From: Monocercomonoides exilis PA203
Taxonomy: Eukaryota > Protista > Preaxostyla
DNA length: 64,000 nt
Assembly: GCA_001643675.2 (NCBI GenBank)
Contig: LSRY02000009.1
Coordinates: 1,860,001-1,924,000, forward strand
Reading direction: 5' to 3'
A model generated the notes under the pieces. That model saw only the letters and a program-made list of their open reading frames with translations, was not told the DNA's origin and searched no databases. Both the position numbers and the translations under genes were made by a program. This document shows positions 1 through 12,092 of this stretch, piece after piece. The first letter of the stretch is position 1; every line of letters starts with the position of its first letter.

Positions 1-1
1 A

Positions 2-991
2 AACAAAGGGAGACGAACTGACGAAGAGAAAAGCGAAAAGAACGAATATTTTTTGGAGATGAAAGGGAAAAAGACAAAACCAGAGCCAATTATCAAAATA
101 AAAGAGGCAGAGAATGGTCTGTGCCTGTGGGATTCAGGGCTTGTGATGCTTCATGAGGCTCGGACAACAGTCTTTGAAGACTGCTCGTTTGTCAACATCA
201 GCGAGGGAATCATCTTCACAGACGGAAGTTCCTTGAATCTGAGCAACTGCAGCTTTGCAGACAACCATCCAATCGATGCGGATTGGGAGAAATTCCCTTC
301 ACTGCGGCACAACATTCGAGCTAAAGGAAAACAACCTTCTTCTGTCTGTGTTATATCTCTGGCACAGGGAAGCGACGGGACGGAAGGGAAGCCGTTTGGA
401 ATGATTGCGGATGGGAATGCGAGCGGAGAAGCAGCGAAAAAAATGGACTCTCTCTTCTTTTCGCCTGTGCTGAAGAATGTGACGATAGTGAAAGATGCTG
501 AATGCGCAAACAGGGGAAAAAGAGAAGCAAATGGAAAAGATAAAGAAAATGAGGAAGAAACAGTGACTGGGATTATTCATGGAAGCTATCTATTTCCTTG
601 TGAATTGACATTTGAAGCTGCAAAGGAAAGAAAAGGAGAAGAGCTGAAATGGGTTGACTGCCCAGTGACAGACTTTGTGGGAGAGGCAGAAATGAAAGTG
701 AAGATTCCCAAGGCTCTTCTGGATGGAGATGATCAAACTTCGGTTGTGTGCAGTTTGTCATATTCGAGCGGCATAACTGCAAATGAAAAGAAGCACACAA
801 AAGACTGGTTTTTGGTGAAGCGGAAAGAGGACAATCCGAAGAAATTAACGACAACACAGCTGATTATAGTTATAGCTTCTTCTTGCGCATTTGCAGTTGT
901 TGTGGCTGTGATTTTTGTGGTTGTCGTGTGTGTTGTGAAAAGAAGGAAGCGAAGAGACTACAAAGAAATTAAAGAAGGGAGCAAATTTTGA
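2..991 (+). CDS. C-terminal part of a large single-pass membrane/surface protein; 5' end lies outside the window
   Basis: Frame is open from base 2. Beta-helix-like segments (FEDCSFVNIS, LSNCSFADN) are followed by a hydrophobic helix LIIVIASSCAFAVVVAVIFVVVVCVV, a basic KRRKRR stop-transfer and a short tail. Confidence 0.75.
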   Translation, partial: NKGRRTDEEKSEKNEYFLEMKGKKTKPEPIIKIKEAENGLCLWDSGLVMLHEARTTVFEDCSFVNISEGIIFTDGSSLNLSNCSFADNHPIDADWEKFPSLRHNIRAKGKQPSSVCVISLAQGSDGTEGKPFGMIADGNASGEAAKKMDSLFFSPVLKNVTIVKDAECANRGKREANGKDKENEEETVTGIIHGSYLFPCELTFEAAKERKGEELKWVDCPVTDFVGEAEMKVKIPKALLDGDDQTSVVCSLSYSSGITANEKKHTKDWFLVKRKEDNPKKLTTTQLIIVIASSCAFAVVVAVIFVVVVCVVKRRKRRDYKEIKEGSKF

Positions 992-1832
992 GAAAGATAA
1001 AAAGGATGCTAAAATAAATTTTTTTTGTTCTGATTACCCAATGAGTGAGAATATTTCTGAAAATATTTATTTTATTTTATTTCTTCATTTTCATTTTTAT
1101 TATTCATTTATTGCTTTGATTTCTATGCAGTTATGTATTTTAGAGTATTTGAACATTCAATTATCTGTAAATTGAATTCCCTCCAATTGAAAAGATGACA
1201 AATTCAATAATTATAAATTTATGAGATTATTTGGTTTGAATTTACTGTAATGTACAGTTCATTTCAAAGATATTTAGAGAACTTCAAAAATAAAAGAGAT
1301 ACAATTACTATTTTCTTGTTCATGGCTAAAAACTTGTTGAATTCAAAGTGCCACATTATGAATTCAATATATATATTTTTAAAATAAATTCCAGGAATTT
1401 ATTTGATAAATTTGTGCACGCTTTTTAATAATTTTATAAGAGTTCGATGATATCTGAAAAAGAAAAACGAAACGAAAGAATACCAAAACAAGTTCTTTGA
1501 TTTGTAACATTTTCACTTTTTCAAGATGAATCGTTTTCACATTTCTTCTCCACTTCTTGAAAACACTTGGTGCTGAAGAAAACTGACTGGCTTCCTTTTC
1601 TGCAAAGTCTATTTCAGATTTTTAGATGAACACAAAATAGTCTCTCTTTTGAATATCATTAAAGTAAAAAGAATTCTCCTGTGCACAATTTTCTTCATCT
1701 ATTTTGTGAGATAATAAAAATTTGATTAATTGAGAGATCATAAAAATAAATTGTTAAAAAATGACAAGGAAAAAGATGATGAGAATATGGGAAAGTTTCA
1801 ATTTTACTTTTTCTTGAACTTCAAGCAACAGT

Positions 1833-4165
1833 TTAAAAATGTGCAAAATGGGAAAAAAGACCAATTAACTTTTTCAAATCATTTTTCAATTCAATTGGTC
1901 TTTCAAAAAAGCTGTTGGTAATATCTTCGAACACCATTTCCTCAAATACTTCCCTTAGGGTCAACTTTTTAATGGGACTTTTTTCTTTATTGGCACTTTT
2001 TTTGTTTTTGCATGCCAATCATTCAAAAAAGTTAGATGGACCTCAACACTCGGATGAGTGTGTTTATAAAACAAATACATTAAATTACCAGTTTGTTTTT
2101 TAAATTTTGTTTATTTTTCGTAGAAATACAGCAATTTTTTATTTATTTTGATGTGACTTTTTTCAGCCTAGGAAACATTTCACAAAATTTTGAAATCCAT
2201 TTTTAAAAACTACTAGCATTATCCTTTTTATATTCAAAATCTTCTGTTTAACAACTTGTTTTTTCATGATTTTTTCACATTTCAGTTTTTTATCAACATG
2301 CAAACATAAATTTGAAAATTTCTTTGTTATTAATATGAAGTGCTAAAAATAAAAATATGATATGAAAAATTCACACTTTTATAAAGAAGTGTGAAAAATG
2401 TTGAATATTGAAATTTTCTATTTGCATCAAACATGTGAATGGTCACAACATTAAATGATCTTAAATCAAACTAATTTTATTTTGATGAGTTTGATGCAAA
2501 TAGAAAATTTTAATATTCAACATTTTTCACACTTCTTTATAAAAGTGTGAATTTTTCATATCATATTTTTATTTTTAGCACTTCATATTAATAACAAAGA
2601 AATTTTCAAATTTATGTTTGCATGTTGATAAAAAACTGAAATGTGAAAAAATCATGAAAAAACAAGTTGTTAAACAGAAGATTTTGAATATAAAAAGGAT
2701 AATGCTAGTAGTTTTTAAAAATGGATTTCAAAATTTTGTGAAATGTTTCCTAGGCTGAAAAAAGTCACATCAAAATAAATAAAAAATTGCTGTATTTCTA
2801 CGAAAAATAAACAAAATTTAAAAAACAAACTGGTAATTTAATGTATTTGTTTTATAAACACACTCATCCGAGTGTTGAGGTCCATCTAACTTTTTTGAAT
2901 GATTGGCATGCAAAAACAAAAAAAGTGCCAATAAAGAAAAAAGTCCCATTAAAAAGTTGACCCTATCCTTCTTCTTGCCACTTTTTCCGTTTTTTCATCA
3001 TCTTCAACTTCATCTTTTTCTTCCATCACCCCATTCAATTTTTTCAAAAGAATTTTTAAAAATTCCAAACACTTTTTTATTGTTGAATCGTGCAAAGTTG
3101 ATTCGAAGAAAACAAACAAAAACATATTAACAGCTCCATTGCTCAATAAACTGTGAAGAGTTATATTTTTGTATTTCGCAATACTCACAATGGAAGACAA
3201 GCAACGGGATGCAATGTCTTCATGGTTGCATTTTGTTTCGTTATGTAACCAGGCAATCAATTCAATAAGTCTACAATTATCACACATTTGGAGTAATTGT
3301 TGAAAATCAAAAATCATGAATAAATGCAACCACTTCATCACAACCCGAGAATTTCTAACTTCATTTAACTTGAATTCATTTCTTCTCCACTCCACACTTT
3401 CTATCAATTCTTTCAATTCTCCAACAACTTCTCTTGAAAAATTTAGTTCACTCATTATTGAACTTTTCAATCCACAGTCATGAAAAACTCGGATTGTCAA
3501 AAACTGCCAAGCACATTGATATGCAAGTTTCGTCATATAACGATGTTCTTGATGATATTTGATTATTCTTGTTATCTCACTCATATATTGTTCTTTCTTT
3601 AAGTTCTTTTTCAAACAAGTTAAAGAATAATTTTATCAAAAATAAAATAATTTGCAACATACCCTCGCAAGACTAACTTTTACGAGAACCACAAAAGCAA
3701 GTTCAATATCTTTTTGAGTTTTTCCACTTTCTTCATTTTCAAATGCATCATTAAGAATACAAGGAAGGCAAATGTTAGATATTTCTTTTATACCGCGGCT
3801 ATTCGTAAATGACAAAGATAGATAATTCTCGCAAAGTTCATTCAGAAGCTTTGTATTCATTTCTTCTTTCTTCTTTTTTTCATCAGCGATCATTTTTTCA
3901 AATCTTTTACGTAAAAGCGACTCTTCAAATATCATATTCTTTGAATAATTTAATACTTCCCACAACTTAATTCGTTTCAATAATGAAAACACTTTTTCAA
4001 GAGTTATATTCTTTTGTTCAATCATTTTATCAATTTGGTCTAACAGTTCTGCAGTTGCAACATTGAAAATCTCATTTTCGCTCATTTCTTCCATAACTTT
4101 ACATGTTTCGTCCATTTTCTGTTTCAGTGTTTCATCTGTACAGAGCTCAAGTTCAGAAACCAATT
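1833..4165 (-). pseudogene. Expanded helical hypothetical-protein family, copy A, interrupted by a palindromic transposon
   Basis: ORFs 3636-4163 and 2949-3614 join in frame through GT-AG intron 3606-3662. Family motif EIxxIIxYHQEHxxxTxLAYQxAWxFL is present. The C-terminus (REVFEEMVFEDITNSF) resumes left of 1956. Confidence 0.8.
1958..2963. mobile_element. 1006-bp foldback (palindromic) non-autonomous DNA transposon with TA target duplication
   Basis: Arms 1958-2432 and 2489-2963 (475 bp) are near-perfect inverted repeats around a 56-bp spacer. TA at 1956-57 and 2964-65. Removing the element and one TA restores the host frame (VARRRI-REVFEE). Confidence 0.92.
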
Positions 4166-5760
4166 CTGCAAAAGTTGATGAAAAATCACTATTTCATGAA
4201 AAAAAAAGAATATTTTCAGACCAGAAAAATTCTTTGTTAACAGAGACTTATGTAACGAAAAAAAAAAATATTCAACAAAAATATAAGTTAGTTTTTCCAC
4301 GCAATCAGATTGTTTAATTATCAATAAGCAAATAAAAAAAAAGAGATAGTGAAAAAATTAAAAACTACTCGACCTTCGTATGAAAAATTTGCATCTTTAT
4401 CTCAATTGTTAAACAATTCAAATATGGGATATTCTTTCTTGAATGTTTTAAACTTTTCAATCTTTGAATCTTATCATGAATAATAGAATGGATTGTCGTT
4501 GAGGAAGAGAAAATATCTTCGAAATAAAATATTATGGCTTTATTGAGAGTTGTTATGATTTTCAAATGAATCGAAAAAGAAAGATAATGAAAGAGAGAAA
4601 GAAGGGAAAATTGTTAGTTCAAGAAAAAAGCATGAAGAGTGCGAATAAGATGGACATATTTTTAGGAAGAGATGAGAAAATAGTTCTGAAATTGAGTGAA
4701 TGAGGACAGTTTCAGAGAAGATGAACAGAAAACCATAGTGCACAGGCGAAGAAGTTACTGAAAAGAAGATAATGCCGTGACAAAATAATTATTTGGAAAA
4801 TCACAAAGGGAACAAAAATGCATAAAGACAAAAGAGCCCAGAGAGCGTTATATAGACACAGCTGGGACGAATATTTTTCAAAGGCGAGCGTCAATTCAAG
4901 AATCATCTTTTTCAATGAAAATTAAACACGAATTATTTATCTGCCAATTCGTTGAAATCTATCTTGCTTCTGCAGCTTCAATGCCACACGATTTCTTTTT
5001 TTTCACTTAAACATAAATGTCATCACTTTGATTACAGGTATTTTCAATCACATCTTCTGTAATTTTATTTCAGTAACAATTCGAATTTATCTTTTTGATA
5101 GAACGCAGTGAGTCAGGATTTGCTCCGAAATAATGAGTTTTGATCTTAAACGATGGGTGGTTTGAGTGAAAACTACACACTCCCAAAATGAAGTAGAAAA
5201 AATGGCGAGATAACAATATTGACAAAATACATTTCAAAAATTATAAGAAGTGAACAACGCATTGTCCGCTTTGCTTCACCACCGACATAACCTTTTGTCA
5301 TGGTCGTGAAAACCAGAGGGCAGGTGGCATTGTCCCTTGGAGCTGTCTCCTGCAGGCTGTGCAGGGATCCTGTGAGGCGAAATGTCAAAATGGAGCAGAA
5401 GGAAAAACCACTCTCGCTTCTGCGATGCGTGGAAAAGAAAACTGCGTGTACTATGCTCTGCCTCCCGCTCTTCTACTGATCCAGCAGAGCTTATCCGCTC
5501 GCCACACGCTGTATGGACCAGTCTGACTCTTCTCTTTGCACTTTCTTGCTATGAGTTAAAGGAGTAATGTTCTTCTTAACGGTTTCACTAACTTTCCTGT
5601 TTGTCAATCCAGTATATGTGTGCACTTGATATCTCTGGACGAATTCTCTCTTTCTATCTCCTCTGCTATCTCGCCACTTTTTTCTCGTCCTATTCTTCAC
5701 CCTGTGTTTCTCTCTCATTCTCGCACCCAGCCGCTCTGAGTCTCTCCATCCGCATTAATA

Positions 5761-5858
5761 TTATTTCGGAGCAAATCCTGACTCACTGCGTTCTATCAAT
5801 TCGCAATAGAGCGAATATACGAACGAAAGGAGCAGGTTTGCTCCTCATTAATGAGTTT
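5761..5858. repeat. DIRS internal complementary region (ICR)
   Basis: 5761-5799 is the reverse complement of 5095-5133. 5798-5858 is complementary to the opposite terminus (11336-11396) and matches 37318-37379. The halves meet at AATT. Confidence 0.88.
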
Positions 5859-6173
5859 CGAAATCCCTCGTTCTCTTCTCTCCTCTGATCTTAAACCCTC
5901 CTGCCTAGCGCATTGTCGTGCGGCGGATGAACAGAGGGACTGCGGATGAAGGTGCGGCCTCTAACCCAACTCCCTCCACCTCTTGCGCTGTTTTAGGGGG
6001 GTTCTCGATCTGGTCTTCTGTACCTGAGCGGGCATGACAATTTGTCCTATGCTTCTCTCTCCGCGTTTCCTCCGATCGGTCTCGAGCTTCTTCTGCAAGG
6101 CAGTCTGTCTACCCTCCGTCAGCTCCATAATGCTGTCGGGAATTATGGGGGATATCTCATCACCTTTTGGAGG

Positions 6174-9100
6174 TTAAGCTGTATCGTTCTCATGATGCGA
6201 ACTCTTCTCTCGAGTCGACCCTCGTCTCTTCGAATTCTTTCTCTTGCTCGTCTCCGCTTCTCCCCCAGATTGTGATGTTTCTTCAGGATACTCCTTTGTT
6301 TCAGATTCTGTATTCTCATTTGAAATTTCTTTTCCTTTGCTGTCCTTCTCCGACTTTTCTCCCTTCTCTGCCAGGGGTACTGGGCCGCCGATTGTCTCCA
6401 GGATCCTTCTCGTGTCCTGAACTGGTAGCACGGTGTAATACTCCTTGGCTACTCTAGAGCCTGGCGCCCATCTCGCGTACGCATTGATTGCTTTCCAATC
6501 TGCAGCTTGTTGTCTTGCTAAGTGCTTTATCACAGCATGTCTTATCGAGTACGCGGTAAATGTGTCGGGTATTCCGTTCTCTCTCAGGACAGCCACTAAT
6601 TATTCTTTAATCCTCTGCAAGTTTGCAGGTTGCCTCTCTCTGAAATCGAACCACACATGTTCGTCTCTAAAGGTTGTCTTTGTATAATCCATCCAGCGTT
6701 GGAGCGCTACCACCGCATCGATACGTGGGTTTGGATGTTTATTTATAATAACCTTAACAATCTCTCCCCCTGATGTCTTTGTTTGTACTTGTGTCTGGAC
6801 AAAATCCTCTTTAAGAATCGTAGTCTCTCTTCTCATTCTATCCAGCTCTGCTGGTCTTAAAGCACCGAATATCATGGTCAGGATGAGAGCCCTCCTTTGT
6901 AGGGTCTGTGGGTCTTTCATATCGTGAGTGGCTTCAGCCCATTTCGTGATGATTGTCAAGTCCCACATCGATTTGTGTCGTTTGCCTCTTTTTGGCTTCT
7001 CCCCCACATAGGTTTTTAGAAATATCTTTATGTCTTTCACGTCAATCTTAGTCTCCCTGAAGAGATTAATAGAATCCAGCACCTTCCGTACTGTCTGATT
7101 TATCACTCCGCTTGAGAGGTTTGTATTCGAGAGTGTTTCGATGAACTCTGCCATAATCCATTTTGCATCTTTCGTTGTGAGGGGGTCAGTGTCATCCATG
7201 CTCTCTCTATCTAGAAATTGCTTGAATCTTCGCAACGCTCTCCACGTATCTTTTTCGCACTTCTGATTTTTTTGTGTTGCTGCCGCTATGTCCTTAGCTC
7301 CTTCATATTCTCCCCATGTTAAGAAGAGGTCTCTTCCTTGGTTATTCTCTTCTCCAGTGTGACGGATATCACCTCTCCTGGGGGTAGTTTCCAGCCTTCC
7401 CTTCTCATCTTCGCTCCCGGTATCATGCACTCCTGAAAGGTCCCCAGGGTCTTTATCGAATGCCCAGGCTGCAGTAGCGGGGTCCAGGTCTGCCCCCGCC
7501 AGGCTGGTAGAATCAGAATCGTTTGTTCCCTCTGAGCTTCGTTCATCTTCTCTTTCATCACTCGTCCAATGTTTCTCAGGAACGGGTGGACTAGCACTAT
7601 ATCGTTTTCTGGTGTTTCTCTCTCTCTCTTCCCTCTCAGAGAGGATAGTCTTCAAGTACTTCCGCAGGGCACCGGCGCAATCTGTTCTAAAGTTGTATCT
7701 AGTATTCTCGGTGCGATTGTTTGTAATATCTCTGCGACTTTCTCCCCTCTCAGTGCATAGTCCGGCTTTCTCGCCATCCGGCTGAGTGCATCTGCTTCCG
7801 TGTTCTGCTCTCCCGGGAGGTGCTCCGTCTGTATTGTTATGTCCAGGCTCTTCAATTTCTTCTCTAATTCTCTCAGTGTTGTAATGAGCGATGGCACTCC
7901 TCTCTTCTTCTGGATTGTCCATCTCGTGGACATGTTGTCTGTCATCAGACAGATATGGTCTATCTTCTGTTCTTTCAGCCATGCTCCTTTCCTTTCTAAG
8001 GTCCTCAACACTGCTCTGGACTCCTTCTCGTTTATCGCTAACGCTCTCTCCTGGAGGGTCCAACTCCCGTGGACATATATCTTCTCCTCTTTGTTCACTG
8101 ATGGTATTGTTAGTACTGCACCCCATCCCAGCTCTGAAGCGTCTGTTATTAACTCTGCTGGTCTGTTCCTTCTCCTCAGACTCCTTGGTCTGTTCTCTCG
8201 CAGGGTTTTCCTCCAATGTGTTAATTCTCCTAACATCATTGGGTTGGGTATCACCGTCCCGTTCCAGCCTCCGCGGGCTATTGCATGCCTCAGTACGTAT
8301 TGCATGCGTTTCATCTACAAACTCGCTGGTGGGTGTTGTAGTCTCACAAAATTCAACCTCCCGAGGAGTGCTGTTAAACCCCTCGTCTTTTGCTTCCTCC
8401 TTTTCTTTGCATGTGCTATCCATTTTCACACATCCTCCAGGAGCAGCACTCTCTTCCTCTCTTGGAGCGTCACTTCCATCTTCTCTGAATTCCAACTCCA
8501 TCCCAAAAACTCCACGCTCCTTGCGGGTTCCAGTTTCAGCTTCTCCGGCAGTATCCAACTTAAATTTCTCTTCAACTGAGCAATCACATATGAGATCGAT
8601 CTCAATGCATCCCTGTCTGGGTGCATGAGGAGGATGTCGTCCAGATATATCACCAGCTTTACCATCCAATGTTCTCTGATATATGACGCTGCCCGTCTCA
8701 TTATCTTTGTGAATACTCTGGGCACGTCCTTTGCTCCAAATGGCATCCCCACGTAAGTGTAACATTGATTTTGAAAGCTGAAGCACAGATAGGGACTGAA
8801 CTGCTCGTCCACTTTGACATGTTGATAAGCACTCGATATGTCGAGCGTAGTCATCCAATCGTTCTCCTGCAGGAGTTCCACCACTGTCTCCTGGTAATCC
8901 ATCTTTCAGTGTTTTCCAAGCACTTCCTCGTTTGGAGCTCTGCAGTCCAAGATCTTTCTCCACTTCCCGTTCTTCTTTATCACAATGAATGTCGGGTTGA
9001 ACCACTTCACCTCCGACTCCTGTATGGGCTTCACCACTCCTTCCTTCAATTCCTCCTCCAAGAGGGATAAATAATTGTTCGTCATCTCTGTTGTTCCCCG

Positions 9101-9272
9101 AAACTCTTGTCTGTGTTTTCTCTCCTCGAGTGAGATTGGGGATTGGGGATTTTTCCATCGGGCTTTTAAACCACGTCTCACTAGTTTGTCTCCCCCAATC
9201 TTCTTCCACTCGCTCAGTCTGTTCACCAGTCTCCCAGGAAGTGGTTCCTTCGGTGGTCCAAGTGCTGCGCAA
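6174..9272 (-). pseudogene. DIRS ORF3 tyrosine recombinase with one in-frame TAA at 6600-6602
   Basis: Motifs GALRPAEL (R), QTKT (K), YSIRHA (H/YxxR) and ARWAPGSRVAKEYY (W...Y). The long N-terminal part overlaps the RT frame. Confidence 0.85.
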
Positions 9273-9600
9273 CTCCCCACTTCAGGCTTCTTTTGACCAT
9301 TCTGAATCTGTGCGGTCTCTTTCCCTTCGAGAGTATCTGCAGTAGCTATCTTCCAGCTCCCCTCCAGGGCGCTCCCAATTGGGGACTCGATTACAGTCCC
9401 AGAAGCTCTCAAGACTCTCTTCACTACCTCCCTCTCGGGTTCCTGATCGTTCATCTGTTCTGTACCGTGGGGATATACGGAGTCTTCCTCTGTGTTCTCT
9501 CTCCCTGTTCCCATCTCGTGATCTCTCGAGCTTTCTATCTCTATCCTCTTCTTTTGGTCGGAAGGGCTCAGTGCCTCTTCGTTGCTCTCGCAGACTTCCA
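7319..9600 (-). pseudogene. DIRS ORF2 reverse transcriptase / RNase H / methyltransferase-like domain with in-frame stops
   Basis: RT motifs LDISSAY, MPFG, YLDD and FLG. RNase H motifs TDASELGWGA, INEKE, TDN and NTEADALSR. MT-like ILILPAWRGQTW. Split into several same-frame ORFs by stops. Confidence 0.9.
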
Positions 9601-9801
9601 CGGGTTCCTCCCCTGTGATTGTCTGTCGATTGACTGGGACCTCCCGTAGTACTGTCATTCCCTTGAGCTCTGACAGCATCATGTCCGTCCCTGTCTCGCG
9701 GCAAAGCGCGGCTCTCTCTTCTCTCTCTGTCTCGCAGCATAGCGCAGTTATCTCTACGCCCACTGGCTCGTTCCAGTAGCTGTTCCTGCTGCTGATTCTC
9801 C

Positions 9802-11270
9802 TTATATCCTCGGGGGAGCTGGGGGAAGGGGGACTGTGAACGAGGGCGTTCTCCCGGCTGGTGCTGGGGCCTGTTGTGGTCGAGCTTGTGTTGACCTCCT
9901 TCTTTGTTTGAAATTTGTGAAGCTCCCATCGAAACCCTGCTTTTGGAATTGTCTGTAGGCAAAGCCTTGAGCGTTTCTGCCTGTGCTGTACTTTCCTGGG
10001 CGCACGCCCCTGACTGGGGCGAGGTCGAAGGTTGTGGGAGAAACGGGGGATGCTCCGTACCCTGGAGCATCCCCTCCCCTCCACCCCCCCCCCCCCCCCT
10101 GGACGAAAAAAGCTGGTGCTATCCACTAATCTCCTAAAACTCTCTGGGATGTCCTTGGACATCCCCCCGTCCAGAAAACACTTCACATTCTCCCAGCTTG
10201 ACTGGGGGATAACTTTCAGCAAGTTTATGCGGCTAATACAGTCTGCTATTAGGGCGTACGCGCAGAAGAGCCCCCTCAGTCGCTCTTTCTCTTCTTCCTC
10301 TAAGTGCGTCCTTTTCAATTCTCTTGTAGTAAGGGCTGCAATCGCCTTGGCGGCTTCAAACCCCGATTCCAGGGCGGGCTGAAGCAGCTCGATAACCCGG
10401 GCGGCTTCTGGAGAATCTTTTCTTCCCTCAGCAGTGACACCCGTCACTGCTAAGGCGTTCCAGCTAGCATCAGTGTATATGGTGAAAAAGTTCTTTTCCG
10501 TCACCGTAATAAATGTATTCAAGATATCGTTGTTTATTTTGATCGATCCAGCCTTGCAGAACTCCATAAATTTCTTCAGTTCACCCGCCTGTCTTCTGGG
10601 CGTCAGCCATTCCATGGGAAAAATTCTCGCAAAATCCTCTGTTCTTTCCTTTTCTACTTGCAGTTCTTGCTTTTTAGACTCCCAGTCACTGTCATCTTCT
10701 TCCTCCAGTCTCTTCATCAGGCTGAATGCGCGACGATCTCTTCCAAACGGTCTGTACTTCTTCCTCGCGATCACTTCAATAAAATGTGTGATTCTTTTTG
10801 AAAAATCACAAATGTTTAATTTTCAAATACTTCAAATATTTCTTATTTTGCTCAAATTTCTGTTTCAGCTCACAAATCTCCTCAAGAATGTTTGAAATAG
10901 CATTATCAAGTAATTGATTCCATTGAAGTGAAGTTTGATATTTGTCAACAAAATATTTGGGAAAATATAAAATTATTGAAGTATTTGAAAATTAAACATT
11001 TGTGACATTTCAAAAAGAATCACCTAAATTTGTATCCGATTCAGAAAAGCTCGATCACGAACTAAATCTTTTTCTAAGTCGCTCTCTCTTCTCTTTCTTC
11101 ATTGTTAGCATTCCCATCGCTCCCGAGCGGTTCGGAACTGTTCGGCTTCTCGCAATCTCTTCAATCATATTTTCCACTCTTGAAAGTCTATGTGCAAGAT
11201 CAAATCCTCTGCCCTCGCTGTCACTGTTCTTCATACTAACAGGATCTTGTGTCATTATTACTGCGGACAA
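9802..11270 (-). pseudogene. DIRS gag-like ORF1 with a stop and a MITE insertion
   Basis: Homologous to ORF 37444-38400. TGA at 11055 and a 240-bp insertion at 10786-11025. Confidence 0.7.
10786..11025. mobile_element. 240-bp MITE with about 50-bp imperfect TIRs and AAAT target duplication
   Basis: GTGATTCTTTTTGAAAAATCACAAATGTTTAATTTTCAAATACTTCAA is inverted at the two ends. AAAT flanks both sides. Removal restores the gag frame (DTNFIEVI). A near-identical copy lies at 48977-49216. Confidence 0.9.
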
Positions 11271-12092
11271 AGGTGTGTAAGAAAGGTTTGAGTATTAGCG
11301 AAGTTTGATCTTAAACCACCCATGCTTTAAGATCAAAACTCATTATTGAGGAGTAAACCTGCTCCTTGTCCTTGTTAATTCGCTCATTTGCGAATTTCTG
11401 ATATTCTCCTTGCTTTTTCTGTATCTTGCTTTAATTATTATTCATCTAAAATATCAAAACTGATGTTGTGTCATATGTTCTGCAATATATCGCCAAGCTG
11501 ATATTCTTTGCTGTATCTTCCACTAATTCACTTCTCGCAAGCAATCGATGCACTCAGCCACCCGCTCCTCCATCAACAAGCATTGTTCTTTTTCTTCTGC
11601 AGTGTTATAACTCACAGCGTTGCACATGTGGACTTGTGTCCAAGCACTCAAATATGCTCTTGTCGCAGCTAATCATCAATCAAAAATATTCTTTTTTGAA
11701 ATTATGGGTTGTCAACCTTTATTTATTGTTCGATAAGGAGATCTGCTTTTCTTCTTTTTGATTTACTTGTTTTTCATTTTTGAAAATGAAGTGAAATTAA
11801 TTGGAAAAAAATGGGACATTATTTTCGAAATCATTTTTTTTTTCGGGGTGCAAATATTTCACTCGAAAATCACTGAAAAATTCTTAATAACTCTTTTTTC
11901 ATTTTTTATAATCACATCAATTTTAAAAAAATGATATTTTCAATATGTTTTTAGTTATATTCGAACAGAATTAATTCAAAAAGTCGACTTTTTGCAAAAA
12001 AACATTCAAAATTAATAAATTTTCCAAAAAATACACTGAAAATAAAAGAAGTTAATATTTAGAAAAAATTGGAAAATATTATCTCATTTGGC

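Larger units (their letters stand above)
5095..11396 (-). mobile_element. DIRS1-like tyrosine-recombinase retrotransposon, copy 1 (complete ends, disabled ORFs)
   Basis: Contains gag-like, RT/RNase H/MT and YR frames. Inverted terminal block AATAATGAGTTTTGATCTTAAA..ATGGGTGGTTT occurs at about 5129-5163 and 11313-11347. An internal complementary region at 5761-5858 matches both termini. Confidence 0.92.

Noticed and set aside
7569-10895. Numerous plus-strand ORFs over DIRS copy 1 and minus-strand ORFs over copy 2
   Set aside because: Antisense shadows of purine-rich overlapping coding frames.
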